A stretch of DNA of 64,000 nt, taken from a candidate division FCPU426 bacterium. Its GTDB lineage: Bacteria; Oederibacteriota; Muellerivitia; Muellerivitales; Muellerivitaceae. The stretch is taken from NCBI GenBank assembly GCA_963847625.1, contig CAWKAR010000025.1, positions 119,926-183,925 of the forward strand. The letters run 5' to 3'. The stretch's first letter is position 1. Each line of letters starts with the position of its first letter. The notes under the pieces were generated by a model that had not been told where the DNA came from, made no database searches, and was given only the letters and a program-made list of their open reading frames with translations. Both the position numbers and the translations under genes were made by a program. This document shows positions 55,569 to 64,000 of this stretch, one piece after another.

Positions 55569-57418
55569 TTATTCAACGGTTACGCTTTTTGCCAGGTTCC
55601 TGGGTTGGTCGATTTCTCTGCCTTTTTTCAGGGCTATTTCATAGGCCAAGAGTTGAAGCGGTATGACCGCGAGTATGGGTGAAATATCCTCGGATCCAAC
55701 GGGAATTTCCATAACATCATCCGCCTTGCGCGAAACGATCTTGTCCCCCTTTTCAACCAACGCGATCAATTTTCCCGACCTGGCCTTGACCTCCTCAATG
55801 TTGTTTAGGATTTTTTCGTAAACTCTGGAGGATTTCAGGGCGAGGGCCACTACCGGCATCTTATCGTCGATCAAAGCAATGGGACCATGTTTCATTTCCC
55901 CCCCGGATAACCCTCCGCGTGGATATAGGAAATTTCCTTTAGCTTTAAAGCACCTTCCAGGGCGATAGGATAGAGATTTCCCCGGCCGATATATAAAAAA
56001 TTATAAAAGTTCGCGTATTTTGCCGCTAGCTTCCCAATCATCTTCCGCTGTTTCAAAATCGAAGTTGCTAAAACCGGCAATTGAGAAAGCTCCCGGGCCT
56101 TTTTCCTCAACTCCGCGGGCTTCAGGGTTTTCCGGACCCCGGCGAGATAAAGGGCCAATAACCCAAGAGCGGCCAACTGGCAGGTAAAGGCCTTGGTCGA
56201 GGCCACACCGATTTCGGGCCCCGCCCTCGTCAACAAAACACCATCCGCTTCCCGGGTGGCTGAGCTTCCCATGACGTTACAAATCGTTGCCACTTTGGCG
56301 CCCTTGGCCTTGGCCTCCCGCAGGGCCACCAACGTGTCCACGGTCTCACCGCTTTGGGTAATGACAACCGCCAGGCAGTCCTTCCCGATAACGGGGTTTC
56401 GGTAACGGAATTCCGAGGCGCTGTCCACTTCCACCGGGATTCCCAGGTACTTTTCCAAGACGAACTTGCCAACCAAAGCGGCGTAATAGGAAGTTCCCAT
56501 GGCCAGCAGGGTCATCCTTTTGAATTTTTTTATAAAGGGTGAGGACCAAAATTTTCCTTCCAGGAAAACTTGTCCCGTTCCAGGTTCCAACCGGCCGGTG
56601 AAGGTATCCACCAGGGCGCGGGGCTGTTCCATGATCTCTTTCAACATGAAATAGGGGTAACCGCCCTTTTCGGCCTGCTCGGCGGTCCACTCGATGTCCA
56701 ATATTTTCTTGGGTATGGGTTTGCCGTTCAAAACGCTGGTGACTTTGGTCCCGGACCTCGTGATATCCACCATTTCGTTGTCGTCCAGGTAATAAACCTT
56801 CCGGGTGTGGGCCAGTAGGGCGGGAACGTCAGAGGCTAGGTAATTCTCATCCCGGCCCAATCCCACCACCAATCCCCCGCCGCCGAACCGCGCCCCAATC
56901 AGGGTTTCCGGCTCCCCCTCGTAGACCGCCACCACCGAATAGGTCCCCTTGATTTGGGCAAGAGCCCATCGGACGGCTTCCTTCCAACGCCGGCTTTTCA
57001 ACCCCTCCTCCATCAGGTGCGCCAGGACCTCCGAGTCCGTTTGGGATTTAAAGACATGTCCCCGGGATTGCAGCTTGCTTTTAAGTTCCTGGAAGTTTTC
57101 GACGATGCCATTGTGAACGACCGCGATTTCGCCCTTGCAGTCGGTATGGGGATGGGCGTTCTGGTCCGTGGGATGGCCATGGGTGGCCCACCGGGTGTGG
57201 CCGATCCCGGCTGTGATAACGGCTGGCAGGCGTGCTTCCTTCACGGCCCTCATGAGGTTGCCGATTTTCCCGGCTTTCTTGATGATTTTGACCCGCTTAT
57301 GGGGGGTGATCAGGGCGAGCCCGGCGGAATCATAGCCGCGGTATTCCAACTTGGCCAACCCCTCCAACAAAAGAGGGGCCGCTGGTTCAGGCCCGGTATA
57401 TCCGACAATTCCGCACAT
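55569..57418 (-). CDS. glmS: Glutamine--fructose-6-phosphate aminotransferase, split by an apparent 1-nt deletion in C7 at 55898-55904 (probable sequencing error)
   Basis: MCGIVG, LEYRGYDSAG, GHTRWATHG, PRNLAKSVTVE; adding one base restores GYPGGEMKHGP. Confidence 0.94.
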
Positions 57419-57485
57419 GTTCAAACCCCAAAATCTGTATTTTTTTATGGTGACTATAACTTCACGACACGTAAAGGAATTATTT

Positions 57486-57557
57486 TACCGCAGATAACGG
57501 CCGATAAACGCCGATAACGGCTTGTAGTTTAAGGCTTTCTCAAACTTATCGGCGTCC
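57486..57557. repeat. Three 10-bp tandem repeats (C[A/C]GATAA core) with an inverted copy
   Basis: CAGATAACGG CCGATAAACG CCGATAACGG ... TTATCGGCGT; ACGCCGATAA/TTATCGGCGT form a perfect 10-bp inverted repeat. Confidence 0.7.
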
Positions 57558-57770
57558 ATGCCACTTCACTATTGAAAGGATTTCAAATGAAAGTGGTATT
57601 GTCCCGCAATCCATTAACTCCTTTATGGAGATGCGGGACATCGGATTTGATCGGCGGTTCCATGTCTTTTTGCTTTTACTTGTTATAAAGGAATTCTTAC
57701 CTTTTTTATTACCGATTAGTTTTTCTCTTCGCTTGAATCGCATCTTAACACGCGCCCAAGGGGGTTACAA

Positions 57771-58604
57771 TTACGCACCCTCCAGAGCTTTGGAAAGTTC
57801 GATCAACTTCGCCAAATCCAATTGTTCCCCGCGAATTCGGGGGTTCAGGCCCAATCTTTCCAAGGCCTGGGCCGATTGTTCCTGGGATTTGCCAAGGGAT
57901 TTCAACGAATTCGACAACATCTTGCGGCGGCTTTGGAAAATAGCCCGGACCAAGGCGAACAACCTTTTTTCACCCGGCTCATCCAGCGGCAATTCGGTTT
58001 TAACCTCAAGCTCAATGAAAGCCGAGTCCACTTTCGGCCTGGGACGGAAACACCGGGCCGGAACGTCCAACAGCATTTTGGGACTAGAGTAGTATTGGGC
58101 GCATATCGTGAGGGCCCCATAAGCTTTGGTGCCTGGCGCCGCAACCAGCCTGGCGGCTACCTCCTTCTGCACCATCAGATAAATTTTCCGGATGACACCA
58201 TGGTATTGGGCCAAGAAGCGTGTCATCAATGATGTCGTGAGGTAATAGGGGATATTACCCGCGACCGTGATTTTTCCGGGCGCGGGGGGAGCCAGTGGAA
58301 TCAAATCCAGCTTGAGGATATCGGCTTTCACCAGGCTCAAACCCGGTGAATCCTTGAACCGCTTTTCCAGCATGGCGAATAGCTTGTGGTCCACCTCCAC
58401 AACTGTCATGGTCCTTCCCTTCGCCGCCAACCGCTCGGTCAGGGTGCCGTAACCGCCCCCCACCTCCAGCAACAGGTCCCCTTCGGGACATTGGATAACC
58501 TCGTCGATTTGGTTCAGGATTCCGGAATCTGTCAGAAAATTCTGGCCTGCTGATTTCCGCGGGCGGTAGGAATATTCCTTGAAAAGCTGGGTGATCCGGC
58601 TCAT
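57771..58604 (-). CDS. rsmA: 16S rRNA adenine dimethyltransferase KsgA
   Basis: GQNFL, LEVGGG.G.LT, GNIPY, MVQKEVA.R, F.PRPKVDSA. Confidence 0.94.
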   Translation of the reverse strand: MSRITQLFKEYSYRPRKSAGQNFLTDSGILNQIDEVIQCPEGDLLLEVGGGYGTLTERLAAKGRTMTVVEVDHKLFAMLEKRFKDSPGLSLVKADILKLDLIPLAPPAPGKITVAGNIPYYLTTSLMTRFLAQYHGVIRKIYLMVQKEVAARLVAAPGTKAYGALTICAQYYSSPKMLLDVPARCFRPRPKVDSAFIELEVKTELPLDEPGEKRLFALVRAIFQSRRKMLSNSLKSLGKSQEQSAQALERLGLNPRIRGEQLDLAKLIELSKALEGA

Positions 58605-59653
58605 CGGGTTTTCATGGCCAGGTCTTCGGCCATGCGGATGGCGGAAACCATGCTGGAGGGGTCGGCGATTCCCTTCCCGGCGATGTCAAAGGCGGTGCCG
58701 TGATCCGGCAAGGTCCGGATAAAGGGTAGGCCCAGGGTCAGGTTGACGCCGGTTTCAAAAACCGCCAGCTTGAAGGGGATCAACCCCTGGTCGTGGTACA
58801 TGCAAAGCACCGCGTCGTATTTTCCCTTGGAGGCCCAGTAATAAAGCGTGTCGGGGGGATGCGGGCCGGAGACGTTCCAACCCTTTCGCCGGGCAGCCGC
58901 CACCACCGGTTTCAGGACCCGGATTTCCTCATTTCCAAAAGCCCCGTTTTCCCCCGCATGGGGATTCAAACCCGCCACGGCGATCCGGGGGTTCTGGATG
59001 CCGAACCATCGAGTCATAGTCTTTTGCGTCAGCTCCAGCTTCTCCCAAACTTTGGGCCGGGTCACTTCGGACAGGCTTTCCTTCAGGGAGACATGGATGG
59101 ATTGCAGGACGATCCTGAAAGGGCCTCCCGCCATCATCATGGCGAAGTTTTTGGTTTTGGAAAGGTGGGCCAGCAATTCGGTATGCCCGGGAAATACACA
59201 CCCAGCCTTATGAATGGCTTCCTTGTGGATGGGGGCCGTCACCAGGGCGGAAGCTTTTCCTTCTAGGGCAAGTTTTGCCCCCTTGAGGATATAATGAACC
59301 GCCGCTGTTCCGGAAGAGGCTGAAATTTTACCCCACCGGGCATTTTCGGCCCCGCCCAGGTCCAAGACTCCCACTTTCCCCTTGGAAACAGTTAGGGGGC
59401 TGTCTTCTTCCAAAGGTAAAAGGGGCAGTTTGACCTTGAACCGCTTGGCGCAGGAAACCAGGTAACGGTAATCCCCCACCAAACAATATTGGCTACGGGA
59501 CGCTTTAATAATTTTCGCTAAAGCCTTGAGCGCAACTTCAGGTCCTACTCCAGCGGGGTCTCCGATTGAAATAGCAACAATTTGTTTGCTGTTAATTTTG
59601 AATTTTGAATTATGAATTATGAATTGATGTGAAAAAGCTTTGCTTTTTTTCAT
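58601..59653 (-). CDS. pdxA: 4-hydroxythreonine-4-phosphate dehydrogenase
   Basis: GDPAGVGPE, GHTE, GLNPHAGE, MYHDQGL, PDHGTAFDIAG; N-terminal extension runs through the heptamer array. Confidence 0.94.
   Translation of the reverse strand: MKKSKAFSHQFIIHNSKFKINSKQIVAISIGDPAGVGPEVALKALAKIIKASRSQYCLVGDYRYLVSCAKRFKVKLPLLPLEEDSPLTVSKGKVGVLDLGGAENARWGKISASSGTAAVHYILKGAKLALEGKASALVTAPIHKEAIHKAGCVFPGHTELLAHLSKTKNFAMMMAGGPFRIVLQSIHVSLKESLSEVTRPKVWEKLELTQKTMTRWFGIQNPRIAVAGLNPHAGENGAFGNEEIRVLKPVVAAARRKGWNVSGPHPPDTLYYWASKGKYDAVLCMYHDQGLIPFKLAVFETGVNLTLGLPFIRTLPDHGTAFDIAGKGIADPSSMVSAIRMAEDLAMKTR
59594..59629. repeat. Heptamer array (AATT[T/A]TG)n, left arm of a 36-bp inverted repeat
   Basis: AATTTTG AATTTTG AATTATG AATTATG AATTGATG. 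Confidence 0.85.
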
Positions 59654-60006
59654 GATTTTTCAACCGTCGTTTTAACAATGGACGTTAGGATTTTTATTAT
59701 TTCCTTTATGTCACTAATTTGTGACGAGTAGTTTCCCTCAACTAACTGAGATTCTTGAATCAATCGGAGCCAATATAGGGTCTCCCGGGCTTCTTTCAAG
59801 GCAATCGTCATCTTCGAGGCGAAATCTTTTCGGCTTGCGGCCGCTAATGCTTCTTCAATGTTTGCTCCGATGCTTGTTCCAGACCTGAATAATTGCTTGG
59901 ACGCGAGAAACTCAGAGGTTCTTTGAAGTGTTTTACAAAGTTTGACAATCTTTAATGCAAAATTGAAGGATTTCGTTTGAATTATATTTTGTTTTTGGGC
60001 CATCAA
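59650..60006 (-). CDS. Four-helix-bundle protein (23S rRNA intervening-sequence protein / bAvd-like family)
   Basis: KSFNFAL.I, KQLFRSGTSIGANIEEA, SRKDF..K..IALKEARET.YWL. Confidence 0.9.
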   Translation of the reverse strand: MMAQKQNIIQTKSFNFALKIVKLCKTLQRTSEFLASKQLFRSGTSIGANIEEALAAASRKDFASKMTIALKEARETLYWLRLIQESQLVEGNYSSQISDIKEIIKILTSIVKTTVEKS

Positions 60007-60040
60007 TAAAATGTCCTGATTTTCGCATTTTGAAAATCTT

Positions 60041-60076
60041 CATCAATTTATAATTCAAAATTCATAATTCATAATT
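60041..60076. repeat. Heptamer array (CA[T/A]AATT)n, right arm of a 36-bp inverted repeat
   Basis: CATCAATT TATAATT CAAAATT CATAATT CATAATT; 32/36 match to the reverse complement of 59594-59629. Confidence 0.85.
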
Positions 60077-60081
60077 GCAGT

Positions 60082-61410
60082 TTATAGTACCTTCGCCGCG
60101 AGTGCGGCCAGCGGGGAGCGCTCGCTCTTGGACAGGGTGATGTGCCCGAACATTTCATTCCCCTTGAACCTTTCGGCCAGGTACACGATGCCGTTGGAGG
60201 AGGAATCCAGGTAGGGGTTGTCAATCTGGTAGGGGTCCCCCGTAAGGATGATCTTGGTTCCCACGCCGGCGCGGGAGACGATGGTCTTGATCTCGTGGGG
60301 GGTGAGGTTCTGGGCCTCGTCCACGATCATGAACTGCTTGGGGATGGACCGGCCCCGGATATAGGTGAGCGCCTCCAACTCCAACTTGTGGGAATCCAGC
60401 AGGTATTGGACCTTATCGTCCACGTCCTCCGCCTCGTTTTGCAGGTGGCCCTTATCCAGGATGAATTCCAGGTTGTCAAAAATGGGCTGCATCCAGTTCG
60501 TTAGCTTTTCGTCCTTGGATCCCGGAAGGAAACCAATATCCTTGCCCAGGGGCACGATGGGCCGGGAAACCAAAATCCGGCGGTATTTTTTCTCGTCCAT
60601 CGTTTTCAGGAGCCCCGCCGCCAGGGCCAAAAGTGTTTTCCCGGTGCCCGCCGACCCAACAAGGGTCACTATGGAAATGCGGTCGTTCAAAAGCAGGTTC
60701 AGGGCGAAGTGCTGTTCCAGGTTCAGGGCCTTGATCCCCCAGGCCTCCGGGTCCTTGAACCAGAGGGCTTGGACTTCCTTCAGGCCCTCGCGGTAAACGC
60801 CCCGGGCCGACTTTGTCTCGTGGATGTCGCTTTTCAGGAGAAGGAACTGGTTCTCATATAAAACTTTATCGCCTAGACGGCCCTGAAGGGAAAGTTTTCC
60901 AGCCTTGTAGAATTCGTCGATTTCGGCGTCACCGACCGTCAGGGAGACCCACCCGGCGTAAAACTCGTCGATGTTGACCTTGTTCGTCTCGTAATCCTCA
61001 GCCTCCACGCCCAGCGCGTCCGCCTTGACCCGCACATTGATGTCCTTGGTGACGAAATGGACGTTCTCCCCCTTTTGCTTCAGGGCCAGGGCAATGCCGA
61101 TGATGTTGTTGTCGATCTTCATGCCCGATAGGGAGGGCGGCAGGTGGCCGTTGGGCGTGCTGATGTCCACCCTCAAGAGGCCCCCGTTAGGAAGAGGCAC
61201 ACCCTCGTGCAAATTGCCCTTCAGGCGCAGATCATCCAATAACCGCGCCACCTCGCGGGCGTTTCGCCCCCGCTCATCCTGGTACTTCTTGAAGGTATCC
61301 AGCTCTTCAATGACGCCCAGGGGTATGACGACGATATTGTCCGCGAAGGACTCGAGGGCCTTCGGGTTGTGGATCAAAACGTTGGTGTCCAATACGAAAG
61401 TTTTTTTCAT
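60082..61410 (-). CDS. PhoH-family ATPase with N-terminal PIN domain (PhoH2/YlaK-like)
   Basis: FVLDTNVL PIN motif, GSAGTGKT, YIRGRS, DEAQNLT, GDP.QID; start set at MKKTFVLD. Confidence 0.92.
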   Translation of the reverse strand: MKKTFVLDTNVLIHNPKALESFADNIVVIPLGVIEELDTFKKYQDERGRNAREVARLLDDLRLKGNLHEGVPLPNGGLLRVDISTPNGHLPPSLSGMKIDNNIIGIALALKQKGENVHFVTKDINVRVKADALGVEAEDYETNKVNIDEFYAGWVSLTVGDAEIDEFYKAGKLSLQGRLGDKVLYENQFLLLKSDIHETKSARGVYREGLKEVQALWFKDPEAWGIKALNLEQHFALNLLLNDRISIVTLVGSAGTGKTLLALAAGLLKTMDEKKYRRILVSRPIVPLGKDIGFLPGSKDEKLTNWMQPIFDNLEFILDKGHLQNEAEDVDDKVQYLLDSHKLELEALTYIRGRSIPKQFMIVDEAQNLTPHEIKTIVSRAGVGTKIILTGDPYQIDNPYLDSSSNGIVYLAERFKGNEMFGHITLSKSERSPLAALAAKVL

Positions 61411-62123
61411 GGGACATGGGCCTCCGGGGGGATGGGATGCGGCTTGAACCAATGAAACGCGCCAAGGGACAGCCGCCAGGACCATTGGAACGTTTCAGGA
61501 AATGCGCGAGAAAGGGGTAATACTTGCGGCCAGATGAGTGAGGTCAGTAGCATTAAAACAATCATATTTCCAGCCAAAATGAAAATCAAGGAAAACGCCC
61601 ACCCGCCCTCCTTCAAATCGGTCTGCGGGTGGGTCAAGGAATAGCCCGTCAAGGCGAGGTGGAAAGCGTAGGTGAAACCGATGAGCCCCATCAGGTAAAT
61701 CTTGAACGGCTGGGCCGCCAACAAGTATAGCCCGGCGGTAACAACGGTGTAAAAGGGGAATATGTAAGGCGCCAAACTGATGAGGACGTTGGATTTATTG
61801 ACAGTGGTCGAGCCGCCGCTCGTGGTCGCGTGGATGGCGGTGACCTTCCCGCCCATCAGGACGGCGGCTAGGGCGTGGGTCAACTCATGTGCCATGACGT
61901 GGCTTAAGATGGGCTTGTAGAGGACGAAGTGGAGGACGAGATAGGCGGCAAAACCGGTGAAAAACACCCAGGTCGTCCTTTCGGACCAGGGAAGGTGGGC
62001 GTAGGCTTTTCCCAGAACCACCGCCATCCCAAGGCACAGCCAAAGCAATAAGATCCCCAGGAGTGTTTTCAGCAGGAAAGAGGTAAGGCTCTTTTTAATC
62101 GACAATGATTCCGCCTTTTTCAT
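61407..62123 (-). CDS. Membrane metallopeptidase, M50B-like
   Basis: HELTH (HExxH) in a hydrophobic context, SLAPY, several TMs. Confidence 0.7.
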   Translation of the reverse strand: MKKAESLSIKKSLTSFLLKTLLGILLLWLCLGMAVVLGKAYAHLPWSERTTWVFFTGFAAYLVLHFVLYKPILSHVMAHELTHALAAVLMGGKVTAIHATTSGGSTTVNKSNVLISLAPYIFPFYTVVTAGLYLLAAQPFKIYLMGLIGFTYAFHLALTGYSLTHPQTDLKEGGWAFSLIFILAGNMIVLMLLTSLIWPQVLPLSRAFPETFQWSWRLSLGAFHWFKPHPIPPEAHVP

Positions 62124-62179
62124 AAAGGTACAACAACTCTATACCAACATCAAAAAGATATTACAGGGATATACCCCGA

Positions 62180-62520
62180 TGCCACCAGGAAATTGGCCTC
62201 TGCCACTAGGAAATCGGCCTATGCCGACGGTAGTTCCCGACCGTGCCGACGGTGGTTCCGATTCTACTGGGGCACCGGCCCTTTCTACCGGGCCTTCCGT
62301 CGGATTCTACTGGGGCACCAGCCCTTTCTACCGGGTCTGCGGGCAGGACCCCCGACACCTGCGAGCAGTACCCCCTGCACCTGAGGGCAGGACTCCCAGC
62401 CTCTGCGGGCAGGCCCCCCGGCACCTGCGGGCAGGACCCCAGACACCTGCGGGCAGGGTTACCGGCTTCTGCGGGCAGGACCCTCGGCCTCTGCGAGCAG
62501 GACTCCCGGCTCCTGCGGAA
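62180..62520. repeat. GC-rich non-coding array with 21-22-bp period; last part is 8 full and 1 partial 22-bp units with palindromic core CTGCGGGCAG
   Basis: Core starts at 62337, 62359, 62381, 62403, 62425, 62447, 62469, 62491, 62513; earlier TGCC-type units at 62180/62201/62222/62244 and TTCTAC-type units at 62262/62283/62305/62326. Confidence 0.9.
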
Positions 62521-62524
62521 AGCC

Positions 62525-62557
62525 AATTTTGAATTTTAAGTTTTAAATTCTGAATTG
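62525..62557. repeat. Orphan degenerate heptamer array of the same type as 59594-59629
   Basis: AATTTTG AATTTTA AGTTTTA AATTCTG AATTG. Confidence 0.6.
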
Positions 62558-62622
62558 TGGTTAGATTTCTGTATCTCAGAAATCCTCTATATTTCAATAT
62601 TTAACTATTTTCTAGTTAGTCT

Positions 62623-63951
62623 TTAATTTTCTACGATCCAACAAGGATTGTATGGGTAATAGTCGCTATCGAAATCGCGCTGCAACCCTTGGTTATCAAT
62701 ATTATTAGGACCGACGCTATAAATCAGTAATCCGTCACGATATCTCATTATTTTCAAGTTCGCCCTATCGGTGAATGGGTCCAGATAATCATCCCATTGT
62801 TTCTTGTCCAATTCCCAAACCGCATCCGGCCAGCGCTTGTGTTTTTGGCGAAACAGGCGGGCTTCATTGGCCGCGCGGGCCAAACGGCAATCGGCCACCG
62901 TCAGCAACATCATTTGGGGGTCCGGGTAATACAAATTGTCCATGATCATCCCCATGAACCAACCATGACTGCGGTAGTCGGCATCCGCCTTGTCCCAAGC
63001 CGCTTTTACTTCAGGGTAAGGTAAGGAAAAAGCATTTAATTTTTTAATTTGACCCCGATAATAGGAGGCCGCGTCAAAATTCGAAGCGAGTTTTAAGAAT
63101 AGGTCCAGGTCCATACCTTCCAAATATTGTTCACTTGCCAAGCGCTCCACCCGCAATTTTTCGCGAAAATCATTTTTTATACCTTGAGGGTCCAGTAATG
63201 CTAGAAATTCCTTTTCCGCGATGGGCGCGACCACACGAGGCAAAACTTCCCGGGCAGCTTGCAGAGTCACACGTATTCCGTAATTCCCCATCAATTCATT
63301 AAATTTTGCTTTTCTAGCCACCTCACTCAGAAACAAACCCGTTCGGAGGCTTTTAAGCGCCTCCTTCGTTTTGCCCTCTCGAACTTGTATTACAGCCCTT
63401 AAAGTCATCAACCTATTCAGGTTGTAATAACCGGAAATTGCAGGCATTTTAACTTGATAGGATGGTTGGATCGAATAATCGATCCCCCAATCCACCTTCT
63501 TTTCCTGATAAGCCTTATCCAGAAGCCGCAGGGAATCAACATGCGCTTCCAGGAGTTTCCGGGCAAAGGTAAATTCCTCCGCCGTCAATTTCCCCACCCT
63601 CATGCGGTTGAGGAATGTATTCAAGAATTCAAGTTGGCTTTTATTTTGGAAAAAATGCACAGTGCCTATAAATGTTTTTTCATACGCCGGCAAAAGAGGC
63701 CGCATGGATTCCGCATCCAAGGCTTTACGAACGTAATAAACCGCGTTCAACTCGTCCGGCACTCGTTGTGTATTCTTCGGCATTTCCAGGCTGTAACCTG
63801 CAACCTTCAATTCCAATTTGGCTTGGTTAAGTGTTCGCTTACCAACTTCCCACCAAAAATAGTAGGCCAGGAATAAGCTGGCAACATAGCCCAAAAGAAA
63901 CAGAACTAGCGCAAGCACAGTTTTGCGGGCTAAATTTTTCCGGTCACTCAC
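62623..63951 (-). CDS. Hypothetical membrane-anchored helical protein
   Basis: N-terminal TM; C-terminal DPFT...LIYSVGPN..D..G motif reminiscent of pseudopilin/GspG-like C-termini. Confidence 0.7.
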   Translation of the reverse strand: MSDRKNLARKTVLALVLFLLGYVASLFLAYYFWWEVGKRTLNQAKLELKVAGYSLEMPKNTQRVPDELNAVYYVRKALDAESMRPLLPAYEKTFIGTVHFFQNKSQLEFLNTFLNRMRVGKLTAEEFTFARKLLEAHVDSLRLLDKAYQEKKVDWGIDYSIQPSYQVKMPAISGYYNLNRLMTLRAVIQVREGKTKEALKSLRTGLFLSEVARKAKFNELMGNYGIRVTLQAAREVLPRVVAPIAEKEFLALLDPQGIKNDFREKLRVERLASEQYLEGMDLDLFLKLASNFDAASYYRGQIKKLNAFSLPYPEVKAAWDKADADYRSHGWFMGMIMDNLYYPDPQMMLLTVADCRLARAANEARLFRQKHKRWPDAVWELDKKQWDDYLDPFTDRANLKIMRYRDGLLIYSVGPNNIDNQGLQRDFDSDYYPYNPCWIVEN

Positions 63952-64000
63952 CTGAATTTTGCCTGGCCTTAAAAATATTTCCCTAGTGCTAAGGGCAATC

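Noticed and set aside
57430..57600. glmS ribozyme upstream of glmS
   Set aside because: The conserved ribozyme core is not recognisable; the hairpin present is explained by the short repeats.
59650..60006. Diversity-generating retroelement (bAvd-like gene)
   Set aside because: No reverse transcriptase and no template/variable repeat pair seen in the window.
62337..62520. CRISPR array
   Set aside because: The constant part is only about 10 bp, the 12-nt linkers resemble each other, and there are no cas genes in the window.
62179..62597. Pro/Gly/Arg-rich ORFs in several frames over the repeat array
   Set aside because: They are open only because the GC-rich repeat lacks stops; the 22-bp period is out of codon phase and there is no clear RBS.

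Overview
Core-genome window from a diderm bacterium; I cannot assign the lineage from sequence alone. Almost all genes are on the minus strand. In coordinate order: (1) an ilvB-ilvN-ilvC-psd-pssA-leuA operon, preceded by an unannotated Leu/Val-rich leader peptide and attenuator; (2) an AT-rich decayed island (about 7-14 kb) with membrane hypotheticals, a two-repeat putative DNA-binding protein, and an FG-GAP/VCBS pseudogene broken by an IS30, a 141-bp MITE and a dead IS5 that shares the MITE's ends; (3) a complete rpoBC-str-S10-spc-alpha supercluster that lacks the usual upstream secE/nusG/rplKAJL block; (4) LysM/M23 peptidase, rho, two tandem GAF-GGDEF genes, coaE, an HTH-REC regulator, an orphan yajC, and rpmE-prfA-prmC; (5) a putative outer-membrane beta-barrel with a ~330-nt multi-hairpin 5' leader; (6) glmS, rsmA, pdxA, a four-helix-bundle (IVS-protein/bAvd-like) gene enclosed by 36-bp inverted heptamer arrays, a PIN-PhoH protein, an M50B-like peptidase, and a non-coding 21-22-bp periodic repeat array. 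tuf, fusA and glmS each carry a single-base frameshift in a short base run, most likely sequencing or assembly error. GC content is visibly mosaic; for example, a GC-rich tuf sits inside an AT-rich ribosomal cluster. I found no rRNA, tRNA or CRISPR-cas. All family assignments come from motif recognition by eye, not database searches.
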